Part shown: positions 1 to 12,734 of the stretch, piece by piece | Numbering within the stretch: the stretch's first letter is position 1 | How the letters are laid out: each line of letters begins with the position of its first letter | Notes under the pieces: model-generated | The model's database searches: none | What the model saw: only the letters and a program-made list of their open reading frames with translations | Told to the model about the DNA's origin: nothing | Position numbers and translations under genes: made by a program | Assembly (NCBI GenBank): GCA_022813865.1 | Contig: JALDZX010000016.1 | Coordinates: 248,001-312,000, forward strand | Length of the DNA: 64,000 bases | Origin: Xylographa opegraphella | Lineage: Eukaryota | Direction of reading: 5' to 3'

Positions 1-248
1 GCCCCGTATTCTCCAGCGTTGATATCTCCGCCTGAGTTGGAATGCTGTCAGACGTCCGTCGCCGAAGCGGTCAATCGACGACTGCCTACATGTAAAGTCG
101 CACTGCCCCTTTGCACTCTCAGATTATGTCCACGCCCCAAGATTTTGCCATCCTTGGACACAAGACAAGCTCCAATGGGGACGCCACCCTCCTTTGCACT
201 AATATTGGCTTCATCTATGGCCGCGAGGAGTCCGGGCTCATTGTCCAT
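1..248 (-). CDS. FCY1: Cytosine deaminase, 5' part (gene runs off the left edge)
   Basis: ATG at 248: MDNEPGLLAAIDEANISAKEGGVPIGACLVSKDGKILGRGHNLRVQRGSATLH. A GT..CTGAC..AG intron at 89-32 is followed by AEISTLENTG, giving the HxE zinc-deaminase motif as in yeast Fcy1. Confidence 0.93.
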
Positions 249-1129
249 TGCCAAAGACTGATGTGCAACCGATGCCGTGGATGAATTTGAATATAAATGC
301 AAGAGTCTGCTACTATAAATCTGGTAATAATTTACGGGTGAAATCTTACTCTCGTACTAAGGCATGAATGGTCACCTAAGCGAGTCCGTCATGGGATTCC
401 AATCGACACTCGTTGTTGGGCAATCTTTTCGAGTCCTTGAATTGTTAGACGATATGGATCCTAGGGTTTGAACTCGAGCTGCTTCCACTATATCAACGAC
501 TGAAGCTCCGGATCGGATTGGTCATCGGAGTTTGATTATATCTACCATAGGCTGTGGGACATGATCATTTCAGTGCCGAGCTCAATGGATGCTGCAAGGC
601 GAAGCACACTGACACAATAGGCACCATCGTACGAGTAAAGTGAACATTGATTAATTAATTGTGAGCCTGAACACATACTGCGTATTACACGTGAATTGCC
701 AGTGATGGAATTCGATATTGAACAACGAATCGTGCTCCCGAGTAGTACTAGTCCCTGTGGTGCAACGTCCTGGGCGGTGGATGACGATGGTGGTAAAGGT
801 TCTAGCCGCTATCTCAGCCGCAGAAATGCGTAGAAGCACGGCGAATCGTCTTGGTTACCGAATGGGGGTAAGCGTGATTGCCTTCCACAAGCCAAGGCTA
901 ACTGGGCTCTGACTTTCAACAACTTTGATGATTTTTCCTGAAGTGAAGATCCTAACAATACTGATTCACTTCGGCCACTGCCTGTCAAGTCACCGAGCAC
1001 CTCCACTGGGATTTATCTTTCCCCACCTATCTTCGCCGCCTCGGACGCAACTTATCGTCACAGAATAATCCTATACCACTTCTTTCTTAACATCTATCTC
1101 CGGTCACAAACTTGGGAAATCGTGTCAAG

Positions 1130-2810
1130 ATGGTGAAAGAGACGAGGTTTTACGACCTATTAGAGGTAGGATTGCTTTGCAAATGCTCCAGAGGATCTTA
1201 AGTTGGTAGCTTAAGTTGATTCGCGCTCACAGGTCCCGCCAACGGCGTCAGACGCTCAGCTGAAGACTGCTTACAAAAAGGGCGCTTTGCGGCATCATCC
1301 GGGTGGGTTCTACTTTCTCGAAGGTTAACCGAGTTTAACTAATACTATACACGGCAGACAAGAATCGTGACAATCCAGCTGCAGCAGAAAAATTCAAGGA
1401 CATCTCCAAAGCCTATGAAGTCCTTGCAGATCCTCAGAAGCGTCAGGTCTATGATCAGTATGGCGAGGCCGGTCTTTCAGAACAAAGCGGTCCGGGTGGC
1501 ATGAATGCAGAAGACTTATTCTCACAATTCTTTGGTGGTGGAGGCCTAGGCGGTATGTTCGGAGGTCAGATGCGCGAGCAAGGACCCAAGAAAGCTAGGA
1601 CTATTCATCACATCCACAAGGTCACACTGGAGGATATCTACAATGGAAAGACTTCGAAGTTGGCTCTACAGAGGTCGATCATTTGTCCAGATTGCAACGG
1701 TCGAGGAGGAAAAGCTGGTGCGGTCAAAACGTGTACGGGCTGTCATGGTCAAGGCATGAAAACGATGATGCGACAGATGGGACCCATGATTCAGCGCTTT
1801 CAGACAGTATGCCCAGATTGCCAAGGTGAAGGTGAGATGATCAGGGACAAGGATCGATGTCGGCGCTGCAAGGGCAAGAAAACTGATGTGGAGCGCGAGC
1901 TGCTCTATATACATGTTGACAAAGGCGTACCGAATGGTTACAAGATTGATCTTAACGGCCGGGGAGATCAGATGCCTGGTCATGACAATGGTGACGTGCA
2001 ATTTGAGATCGAACAGAAGCCGCATTCTCGCTTCCTTCGCTCCGGAGATGATCTTCGACATGAGGTCCAGGTTTCCTTATACACTGCCATAGCTGGGGGA
2101 ATAATCTACATAAAACACCTGGATGCTCCTTCGACACGATGGCTGGAGGTTGTGATCAAGCCAGGAGAAATTCTAGTGAGCAGTAAGATCTGTTCTTTGA
2201 TTCTTTCCTGGTTCATCAGCTGACACTCACAGATCATACAAGGAGAATAAAAGGTCAAGGGATGCCGTCTATGCGTCATCACGCTCCCGGCGACATGATC
2301 GTCAAGTTTTCTATCCAGTATCCAGAGAAGATACCAGATTTAAGCCCGGTTCAGAAGTTTGGCCTCAAAACTCTCCTGGGCATGCGTCATGAAACTGAAA
2401 CCGTAGCTGAAAAAGAGATGAGAGAGAAGTGGGAAATGGAGTATGTCACGAGACTGGAAAACTTGCGACAGCAAGAAATGAAGGACAGACGTGCCGGGAA
2501 GCACGTCATGCTTGTCAAAGAGCTCGAACCAACAGACGACAAAGATACAATGGATGTTGATGGTGAGTCTAAGAACCAGAAAACCGCTGAACCACCTGCA
2601 CCAGCTGTACTCGAAGGTGTTGGGAATGAGCGTGATCCATTGTCTGCCGCGATCACACCGGCCGAAAAAGAAAGCTCTCTCATAGAAACCGTTCTACTCG
2701 GAGATGTTAGTCAAAGCGATCCCCGGTCCAACGGCAGTATGATGGACGAGGAAGACGAGGAAGATGGCGCGCCGCAAAGTGGTGAGCGGGTACAATGTGC
2801 TTCGCAGTAA
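1130..2810 (+). CDS. YDJ1: Type I Hsp40/DnaJ co-chaperone (Ydj1/Mas5 type), multi-exon, with C-terminal CaaX box
   Basis: MVKETRFYDLLE start; HPD motif formed across an intron; G/F region; four CxxCxGxG-type repeats (CPDCNGRG, CTGCHGQG, CPDCQGEG, CRRCKGKK); ends ERVQCASQ*. Introns at about 1166-1232, 1303-1357 and about 2180-2232. Confidence 0.93.
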
Positions 2811-5007
2811 ACGCAAAAGTCCACCTTCGCGTACTGAGCTTGCATGTCGCCGGTCGAGCTCTTATGTAGTCGTCTATCCTCAAGATGACACGCAGTTCGA
2901 ATATCGCTCTCGGTGTTCAAGACCCCGTCCTTTGACTTTGGACCATCTGCGTTGGAACGGACGACTGCTCACCTAAATTGACGTCCCATCCGCACTTCTA
3001 AGCTAAATCGATCTTTGCACGACTGAATGCATTATTGTTTTTGAATGCTGGCAGAAATAGCGGCCATATGCCATTTCATGGCGCGATTGGCACTCCTCAT
3101 TATTCGGCTGCGGATGATCTTTGTTGTGTGTGCGAGGCGTTCAGAGGGCATATTAGAGGGTTTGGTAGTAGAATTTAGAACTCCGCTGCTTACCTAGGTA
3201 CCTTAGCTTGCTATCATGTACTGCAAGTCTGCGCTTATAATGCCTGATACGAATGTGGTGGGTGTGCAGTCACGTGATCGTCCGGATACGATAGCTGGCT
3301 GATACATACGCTCGCCTTTCCCTTTCGTACCCTGTATTGATCAGCCTTCGAATGTCTCCAATTGCATTCGTGTGCTGGCTTGAATGTTATTCATACATGT
3401 AACACGATTGTTAGATTCTACGTAAAGCCCCGAGGAATGCTTGACTTGAGGCAATACTGTCAGATGCTGAGCTTGATCGATCGGATTCGTGGTCATGGTT
3501 TTACCTCTGCTGTGTTTTGTCCTAATATCAACACGAAATTTGTTTGATGCATTTCTGCAACATCTATAAACTATACTGTCTCATTTTGTGATGTGCTTCG
3601 TGAATGACCCTTGCAAGACTTGGCTCCCAGTACGAGTACCATGGTTATGCACCGTGGGGAACGTCAATGATCCTTCTTCATGAGCTTGCCTCTGGTAGAC
3701 CTGCGAGCCATTGATCGGTGTGCAAATTGACGGGCTCACCACGCGGTGTAGGGTAGATAGAGATGTGGATGGTTTGACATGGGATGGTCATCAGTGTCCA
3801 GCTGGAATACTTTCCTTTCAGATATGTCAGTCCTACAAGCAATCCTGTATAGTTGTACACTTCATATCAGCAGTCTTCAGTCACTTCCCGGCTGGATGCT
3901 TTGGTTTCCTCGATGATGCCGTGTGACCTAAGCGTGATGGGTTACCGGAAGGGTATGGCCATATGATGTTCTAGCTGGAATCACATGGACCATACCAGGA
4001 ACACATATTGCGACTGAGACTTCTCATATTTATGATATGCTAACTTGGATATTGTTTAGGATATCACCTCATCTATGGGCGAGCGCATATGCAACACGCT
4101 CTTCCGAGGACGGCTTCATCGTGCTTGGATTTATATCCAGCGACCAACGACGACGATGTCTCGATATGGGTATAATGCTTACACAGCTGTTATCTGCGTT
4201 CTTTCCTCATAACCTTATCACTCATCCACTGGAACAGTGCAAAGCAAACACGTGGCAGGCAGATCCGATCAGGTCGTTCGTGTGTTAGAATCTAGACCTT
4301 GGTTCGGATAGTGATAATTCTTGAAGTTGACGGTGGTGCATCATGTACAGAAGAGATTCAGCGGGTATGGATAAGCAGACAAATGCTCAATTGTGACTAT
4401 CTTACACATTGATGATACAGTCGAGAGTTCATTGTGTTCTCTGTGTCCGAGCTTCCCCAATCCACTTCCAGATGTCTGGCTTTGTCTTCAATCTTGGCAA
4501 TCGAGGCCGTAAGGGAGATGAACCCGTTCGACATATACCATGTAACTGGTGATTGGATATGTTTGCACGTCTCGATAATGGTAGACACTATAGAGAACCA
4601 GTATCACAGACACAGACAAACAGGACTGAGGGCCAAAGGACATGTGCCACGCCTTATCCCAGCCGCCAGTAGAGCAAGCTTGATGAAGACTGGCACTTAC
4701 TTGCGAAGTAGGCTCTGACGCGGAGAGCAGATGAGAACTTTGGGCTTTTAGCCTTTCTGGAACAGTGGCGGTACTTCCTCTGCTTTTCATGCTGTTTCGA
4801 AAGCCAGAATAGAGCTTGAGAGCAGAGGTATATCTATGGCATGGCTAAATGGAGGATCATTAAATTGCGGCGTTAAAATATAATCCTTCGCAATATCTCG
4901 ATCGCGAACGTACTGAACACTAAAGGCCGTTCTCTCCCTGATATTTAATATTTCTGTTAAAAGGTTGTAACACATATTCTCTCCTATTTATATTTTGAGC
5001 TCAGTAG

Positions 5008-5091
5008 ACGAAGTAGCTCGTGTGTATTAAGCGGCTGGCGTACGCATCACCCCCATCAAAGCGGCCGTTTAATACACACGAGCTCCTTCGT
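5008..5091. repeat. Imperfect inverted repeat/hairpin (30-bp arms, 24-bp spacer)
   Basis: acgaagtagctcgtgtgtattaagcggctg (5008-5037) matches the reverse complement of 5062-5091 (acgaaggagctcgtgtgtattaaacggccg) at 27/30 positions. Confidence 0.9.
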
Positions 5092-5218
5092 AAGCTCTTG
5101 TCGACTAGAAACCGTCTACAGACCTGGAATTTTACCGAGAGTGGAAATACTTATATATAGTGACAAAAACTGCACAGTTTCATTCGCATCAAGGAAAAAG
5201 ATTGAATGCGATACATCA

Positions 5219-6268
5219 TCAGCTTGCCATGTGCATGAAATGCCGATCCACAGCACCAATATCTGGTGATGCGTCTTCTCTGATCAAAGCCAGTTTCACA
5301 TGTGGCGTCGTAGAAAACCAGCCAACTTCCAAAGAGCAACATATAGAGCGACTAGCACATCTTTGGCACCATTTATAAATGGTCTTACGGAAGGTGATAG
5401 AGCTACCGTTTTTCGTTGCCTGTATAAACGTTTCATTTCTGTTGAGTGGTGCGCATTCAGTGCTCCGTTGAATCTCAAAGGTTCTGGGTGCATTAATTCC
5501 CAGTGAAGCCGCGCTAATCGGCGGAGTATAGAATCGTATTCCGCTATTTGCACCGTAGTAGCACATCTCGTTGTCAAATGGACAACTGGAATTCTCCACC
5601 ACCATGTACGGTATTTGGGGTTGTACAAAGAAATTGCATCCGTCCTTGCCATTAGAGTCGCCGTAGCAATTCTTGGCCCAATTTGCACTGTCAAGTTCTG
5701 CTTCGTACGCGTAGGGTAGAATACTCGTGTGCCAGTCTAAAGGAACTTCACTTGGTGCAAGCATAGCTGCAGGTAGGTACATTCCACATTGTGGTGAATT
5801 TGAGAGCATTGCCCTGTTTGAAGCCAAATGGGCAGTAAAGACGCCGCAGACGACTGCCGCCATGTAATACAAGATACCACAAGATCCCATGAAAAATTAC
5901 CGATAAATCTCGCTCCACGGATTGAGACGCTGACCAGCATTCGACAATGCTATTTGACCATCAAGGAAGCGCAAACTGAGTTGGAGGAAGGCCCAGCCAA
6001 AACCCTCGGCGGAATCTCCTTGCACCAGTCGAGCATCTTTGTAGAAGAAGACGCGAAGCGCCACCGCTGCTAATCTTGCAAGAGCCAGGGGAACCACGGT
6101 GGCCATCAGGTTGGTTAGCACATACGACCAGGAGTCGGTCACAAGCAATTGAGTTTCTAGATGCTCGTTAACACCTCTAACGATTCTCTGACCAGATTAG
6201 CGTCTACGTAGCCCTATGTTTCTCGAGTAGTCTGTATAAAGTCCGGTTTTGATCTCGGTGGTCGACAT
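5219..6268 (-). pseudogene. Fungal hypothetical membrane/Cys-containing protein, probably disrupted
   Basis: ATG near 6268 (MSTTEIKTGLYTDYSRN), hydrophobic segments, then PQCG..WAKNCY..CNFF..SCPFDNEMC..SLGINAP..TECAPL. The ORFs 5897-6148 and 5219-5890 are in the same frame, separated by TAA at 5899-5897. No convincing C-terminal half after about 5390. Confidence 0.5.
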
Positions 6269-7499
6269 GCTGAGCCTAGGCGAACCATATCTCACCCTCT
6301 ATTCACTGACGACTGCAAGGAGGGAAGGGAGCTGAGTATGTAAAGTAATCTTGGTGGTCAGGCTGAGCCAGACAGCTTCCCGACATGGTCAGATACGCTG
6401 TAAATAGGCTGAGCGACAGTGCGAAACACGACGACAACAACGACAATTCAGCTGCCGAGCGCCAGAGAGATCAGCCTCGAGCTTGCATGCAGCTATTGAC
6501 ACCTCGTTGGAAAGCGCCGGGAGGATGATCTAATCGGTGTCAGTTTCTCCTTCGGCCTTTCCGCCTTAAATAGATAAGAAGCTGAACAAGGATTGCAAAC
6601 TCGTTGAAGGATGAGACGACGTGATAAAGGCAATCAGGCTTAGCTGCCTTAGGTCACAAACCCTTAAGGCCGAAATGAGGCAGAACACATTACCACTAAC
6701 CAGATCGAGCAAGCGCTGGGGTCGGTTATCATTAGGTAGTTAGTGCCGGCGTCGCAGACAGGCGTATTCAAACCACGCCACCCAGATTACCGTACAAGCT
6801 TCCCACGACACCATACCTACGTTTACAGGAACCATCCATACGCAGCCGGGGGAAGATACAGAACTCACAACTTTCCTTTTAGTACGGCGGGTCGTGAGCA
6901 GAAAATGTAACACGCATAAGGGTAAGCTTTTACTGCGATACCATCTCGATATGAGCCAGTAGCGTTAATCTACGGAACAGGATTGAACATGAGGCACAGA
7001 TGAACGGCATTCAACAAGCCAAATGTAATTTCGTCTTATCACATACGTTTTACTGGCTGCGTGCCACGTCGACAACCCCAAGCTATGCATATCTTAGTGC
7101 TCCGCAGCCTTGCCGGCTATCACGAGGATCAGTGCCCTCAAAAGCCTAGAACGCTCAGCCTTCTCGGATTTCACAACACTCGGCCTCGCTGGTGCGGGAG
7201 TTAAATGATTTGACTGTCCCATCTTGGAAACTACAGAAACGTGGCGAACTCTTACACATCTTGTCTTAGCAAAGTTGGTAACGCTTTCGCATGTGGATGT
7301 TGCCTTAATGGTGGCGAGATCACTTCGTAGGTCCGAGTTCGAATGCTTATTCTAACGTTTTGCTGATAAATGGAACTCGACAGCATATATTAGATTTGCC
7401 CTAATAATGATCTGCGTGCCCTAGGACTATCCAGCGCCGAGGATGTACTCTCAGCGATAGCTTCCGATCCCAGCGCTTGCGAACCATATTTCAACCAGT

Positions 7500-7865
7500 A
7501 TGACTGTGTCCGTGAACCTAGATTATCCGCCTATCGGCACACTATCATACATGACAGCACTTCCCTCGACGACGGGAACCTTGATACCTTCCGATACCGG
7601 CGTAATCATCACGACTCCATTATGTGGCTCGACATGCGTCCTGACGCTTGGTGCGAGCCTAACAACCATTATCCCATTGCAGTCAACAGCTGCCGATAAC
7701 CCCGGTGGTGCGACTCTACCAACCAATATCCCATTGCAGTCAACAGCTACCATTAAGCCCGGTGGTGTAACGGGGACTTCGAGAGGAACCAGATCAATGG
7801 GCAGCGCTTCTGGTTCCATCGGCATATATCTGTTTATGGTGTGTATCACGATTTTCTGGGCTTAA
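7500..7865 (+). CDS. Thr/Ser/Pro-rich small protein with GPI-anchor-like C-terminus (5' exons unresolved)
   Basis: Low-complexity S/T/P sequence, duplicated IPLQSTA..PGG unit, and small residues followed by a hydrophobic tail (GSASGSIGIYLFMVCITIFWA*). No signal peptide is visible. Confidence 0.45.
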   Translation: MTVSVNLDYPPIGTLSYMTALPSTTGTLIPSDTGVIITTPLCGSTCVLTLGASLTTIIPLQSTAADNPGGATLPTNIPLQSTATIKPGGVTGTSRGTRSMGSASGSIGIYLFMVCITIFWA

Positions 7866-8182
7866 CGGATCCGCGTTCTACTTGATTGGAGGCATTTCAT
7901 AAGGAAATTCTTGTACTGGCGTCGTGGTTGCGGTCAGTCATTGTCTTTCCCGAGTTTTTGCTCATTGCAACTGCTATAATGTGTACGTAAGAAAATCGTT
8001 TCGTAGTTTACAGTTCTAAAGAATTGCCATAAAGTATTTTTTGAAGAAATGTTCGCCCGGCCCTACTTAGTCTAGATAATAGAGTTCCTGGCCTTTGCAT
8101 CCCGACGGAGCTCTCCTCGTCCATGTCTCAGAAGACTTGATCAGAAGTTGTTGGTCGGCTCATTTCCAATCCTTCGGCGCGC

Positions 8183-8413
8183 TATCCCTTAACGTGGTCG
8201 TTCTGCAACAAACTTAGCGACCAATCAGGGCGTCGATAGCCGGCATATTAAGCATAACTCCGACCAATCAGAACTTCCAAATTCACTGGAAAAACTCGGC
8301 CCTGATCATCGATATTCTGATTGGCCGTAAAAGTGCTTACTATAGCTTTCACTACCAGTTTGATTGGCTCAATTTGGCCGCTAAATTTGTTAGTACGACC
8401 ACTTTCAGGGATA
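8183..8413. mobile_element. Degenerate foldback / MITE-like element flanked by TA
   Basis: Left end TAtcccttaacgtggtcgttctgcaacaaacttagcgaccaa resembles the reverse complement of the right end, TAtccctgaaagtggtcgtactaacaaatttagcggccaa. Inner arms also pair (aagca..cgaccaatcagaa / aagca..cggccaatcagaa). Confidence 0.6.
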
Positions 8414-8566
8414 ATCCTACAAGCTCCGCTGCACCCTTGATCTCTGCCCAAGCTTGAACTCAATCCAAAAGTCCTCTCCATCAGAAAACCCATCGCGCCT
8501 GGAAACAGAGGGTAAAATCGTCTCCACACGTTGAATCCGCGTCCTGTGTCATATGAACTGCGTACT

Positions 8567-11500
8567 ATGCGTGCTGCGGTTCCTAATGTACGTGGAGCAT
8601 TATACCGCTGCAGATACCACTCATCTTTGAAGCATCACGCATTGCTGCTTTGCTGTTTTGACGGTCGAAAGAATCATGCTCTGTCTGCATCGCCAGTATG
8701 GTCACAGTGCCAGTCAAGGGGAGCGAAATCCAAAGCCACCGTGAAGATTCGAGATCTGCCACAAGGCCTGTTGGAGGGTGGTCTTCCCACGCTGGAAGAG
8801 CGTTTGGATGATCCTGTATACCCTACTGTAATCCAGCAGGCTAAGATGAACATGCGGAAGTTTGAAAACTGTGTAGTACTAACCAGAATGGGAGGATTCT
8901 ATGAAGTGCGCTGGCAATAATGCAACATAGTTATTATAACTGACCCATGCTGCAGCTGTACTTTGAACACGCTGAAGAGTATGGACCACTCCTCAATCTC
9001 AAGGTTGCCGCAAAGCCGACAACTGTCGGCCCTGTACCAATGGTCGTAGCCACGGTCTTTTTCTATAATCGTTGCTCTTTACTGACATTGCCTCAGGCCG
9101 GGTTCCCATTCTTCCAACTGGAAAGGTTTCTTAAAATCTTAGTCTACGATCTGAACAAATACGTTGCGATCAGCGAGGAATTCCCAAACAATGTTTCCGA
9201 AAAGGTCAAATCCGGTGGCCTTCTTTTTGATAGGAAGGTCACGAGAGTAATTACTCCAGGGACTTTAGTTGACGAGAAATTCATGGATCCTTATGAAAAT
9301 AACTTCATCCTTGCTTTACATCCCGAGCCGTCGGATCAAGAAAGTCCTCTCCGAACCAGTGGGCTCGCAGAAGGAAGTACATCGGGAGCAAGTGCAAAGC
9401 AAAGAGTGGGGCTAGCCTGGTTAGATCTGTCTACTGGTGCTTTCTTTACACAGCTTACTACTCTTGATCTGTTACCAGCTGGGATTGCTCGTATTAGAGC
9501 TCGAGAGATTGTGCTCAGCAAAACAATTGATAATAACATGAAGCAACACATACTTACGCTTCTTGGCCACGAGCAGCATCTCGTCACCTGGCAGCCAGGT
9601 CTTCCAAAAGACAAATGTATATCTGATTGGGATCCAATGTTTGAGACGCCTGTTTCCAACACAGAACAAGGTAATTTCACTGAAGTCGAAATATTAGCAG
9701 GAAATATACTGCTTGAATATGTCAGCGACAAATTACAGGGACGTGCTATGCAGCTGCAGCCACCGGTCAAAAGGCACGAAGCCGAGAACATGTGTATCGA
9801 CAGGAATAGTCTACGAGGTCTTGAGATCCTCGAAACATTCAGAGATGCTACTGCAGGAGGCAGAGGCAGCTTGCTGCATGCAATGAGACGAACGGTAACT
9901 AAAAGTGGAGCACGACTCCTACGGGAACGCTTAGGTGAGTATCAGCGTTGAGTCGACTCCGTCTCAGAATTGCAATGCTCAAGTGATGGATGTTATTCCA
10001 CTGTAGGCTGATCTAATACTAGCATCTCCATCGATGTCTTTGGATATCATTAACCACCGACTAAATCTTGTCGAGAGATTTCTGCGAAACCAGTCCCTCA
10101 AGGAAGACATCACCAATCTACTTCGCCGCACGTTTGATTCTCAGCGCCTTGTCCAGAAATTTTCTCTTGGTAGAGGCGACGCAGATGATTTAGTTAGCCT
10201 GCAGAGGACAGTGGGAGCCACAGAACGTATTGCCAACGTATTAGGCGAGGCACTGGATGAGGAGATTGGCTTTGATTCCACGGAAGTAGATACGAATGAC
10301 TGCCTGTCTCTGGTATTGAAAAGTCTATCACTGGAAGGGCCTAGTGAATTAGCACATCGTATCTCCGAAGCCATTGATGAGGATGGCCTCGTGGCAAGTC
10401 ATCGTGAGGAGCGAATCCAGAGTTCCGGTGTCATAACAATGGCGCAGGAAATTCTCAATCAGGAAGGCGGCGAGGAAGACCTTCAGGCGATGTCTCAGGT
10501 CCTTCGATCGAAGACTGTAGCCAAGTCGTCAAGTCCAACAAGTGACGATGAGGGAGATTTGTGGATTATGCGCCGCACTGCAAGCCCAATACTTCATAGG
10601 CTGCATGAAAGCCTTGATGCACTTCGCGCCGAAAAATTGTCATTGACTACCCGATTGAGGGACGAAATGAAGGCTCAAAGCTTGACACTACGATGGACTC
10701 CTGGGCTCGGTCATATCTGCCATGTCAAGGGTATCAAGGATGTTCGCGCCTCTTTGACGAACCACGGCTCTGCACGCAATGGAAGCACGACAAAGTCAAC
10801 TCGTGCGTTCTACTTACCAGAGTGGTCGGCTTTGGGTACAAGAATGGATCAAGTGAAGATGCAAATGCGGTCAGAGGAGCAGCGGGTTTTCTTCGAGCTT
10901 CGACAACTCGTTGTGACCAATTTAGTGAAGCTTCGGCGCAATGCAGCTGTGCTCGATGAGCTAGACGTTGCGTGCTCGTCAGCTGTACTTGCCGCTGAAC
11001 AAAGCCTCGTTCGACCCATTTTGAACAATGGAACAGTCCACAAGATCGTTGCTGGAAGGCATCCGACAGTCAAGCTTGGGCTTGAAGAACAAGGACGAGC
11101 GTTCATCAGTAATGACTGTTTTGTTGGGGACAAGCAGAACGTCTGGCTCATCACCGGTCCAAATATGGCGGGAAAGAGTACATTTCTGAGACAAAACGCC
11201 TTGATCTCGATATTGGCTCAAGTCGGTTCCTTCGTACCTGCAGAGCATGCCGAGATGGGCATTGTTGACCAAATGTTCAGTCGAGTTGGATCAGCGGACA
11301 ATCTTTTTGAAGATCAGTCCACATTCATGGTCGAGATGCTCGAGACTGCCTCCATCCTAAAGCACGCAACGCCTCGATCCTTCGTCATCATGGATGAAGT
11401 CGGCCGAGGAACAACTCCCGAGGACGGCATTGCAGTTGCCTTCGCAAGTCTACATCATTTGTATCACACGAATCACTGTAGAACTCTTTTTGCAACCCAT

Positions 11501-11809
11501 TTTCATGTTTTGGCTGACATGACTAACGACTGGAATGGGGTGGGCTGCTACTGTACCGATGTGTCCGAATCGTCTTCCGGGTCATTTTCTTACGTGCATC
11601 GCCTTCGTCCCGGCGTCAATAGGAGATCACATGCCCTGAAAGTTGCCAAGCTTGCCGGTATGTGCATTGCTGCTGCTTTTGTTTTGTGCTTATCAAATCT
11701 AGGTATGCCCGACTCTGCGATCGACGTTGCGGCTCAGGTGCTCAATTCCTTTCGAGGGGCAGCAACCTTAGAGCCTGAGAAGCAAGCCCAACGTGCCGCG
11801 AGAGCGTGA
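8567..11809 (+). CDS. MSH1: Mitochondrial MutS-family mismatch-repair protein
   Basis: Arg-rich presequence-like N-terminus; domain I motif LTRMGGFYELY (spliced); VTRVITPGTL; GLAWLDLSTG; Walker A ITGPNMAGKSTFLRQ; STFMVEM; IMDEVGRGT; LFATHF. Introns at about 8907-8955, 9043-9096, 9935-10022 and 11658-11702. Confidence 0.95.
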
Positions 11810-12281
11810 GGTCACGGTGATCGAAAAGGCAACTATGTGCCGCCGGGAACATCTGGATACGATAGTGGGAAAAACTTTCACGCTTTGATCAGGATGATGA
11901 ATGGCTCTGCAGCTTCAGGCAACTACATCAACCGAAGCGGTACTGAATGCTGCAGTGTAAGCAAGCTGTTTTTGGGGCTAGAGAAGCATAGCTAACTTCC
12001 GCAGTCTACCAGCGATGACACGGCTTCATTGGACAGCATCGCGTGAAGCGTGGCGCCTTGGTCATATTCGAGACTCGCCTGGGAAACCTTTTCGTTGAGC
12101 GCCTGACACTGCGCAAACCATCGACTCGGTATGAACTTAGATGGACATCTTCCACCTTCTGAAGTCCCTGTCTTATAGTCATTCATTGGATGAAGGAAGC
12201 TTCGTGGACAAATGTAAATTTCTTCTCTAGCGGCTTCCATACCTCGACCCTACCAAGCATTCATTGATACTGGTCTATCGA

Positions 12282-12734
12282 TCAACGGCCACGCTCTGTA
12301 CAAGCTGCCATCTCCGGATCCGCGTGCAGCGCTCGAAGATATACAGACACATGCACCAGATCCATGTGTGACGGCCGGAAGAACTTGGCCTTCCAGTCAG
12401 GCAGTCGGGCCGTGTCAACACCACATCTTGAAGGCAAGGCGTCGATGTCGTCGTCGAGGGGGGAGGGGCGGAAAATGTCTTGGAGGATATGCTGGAGATG
12501 GGCCGTTGAACGAGCGGGGCGCAGGTGCGTGGAGCCAGAAGGAGTTGGACGATCGATTGAGGGGATTGAGAGTGGTGGTGGTGGTCGGGGGGTGTTTGTT
12601 CGAAATGGCTTTGCTTTTGTGAACTTGGTAGTTGAGGACGGATAGATGATAGGTCCGATCGTACGTCTAGAAGCAGGCAATGAATACCCCGGTCTCCGCA
12701 AAGCTGGAGGTTTGCTTCTCACTCACAGAGGCAT
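12282..12734 (-). CDS. Hypothetical small Pro-rich protein
   Basis: 146-codon open frame. A possible ATG plus GTGAGT donor near 12730 and a TAG acceptor near 12667 would join in frame. No recognisable domain. Confidence 0.3.
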
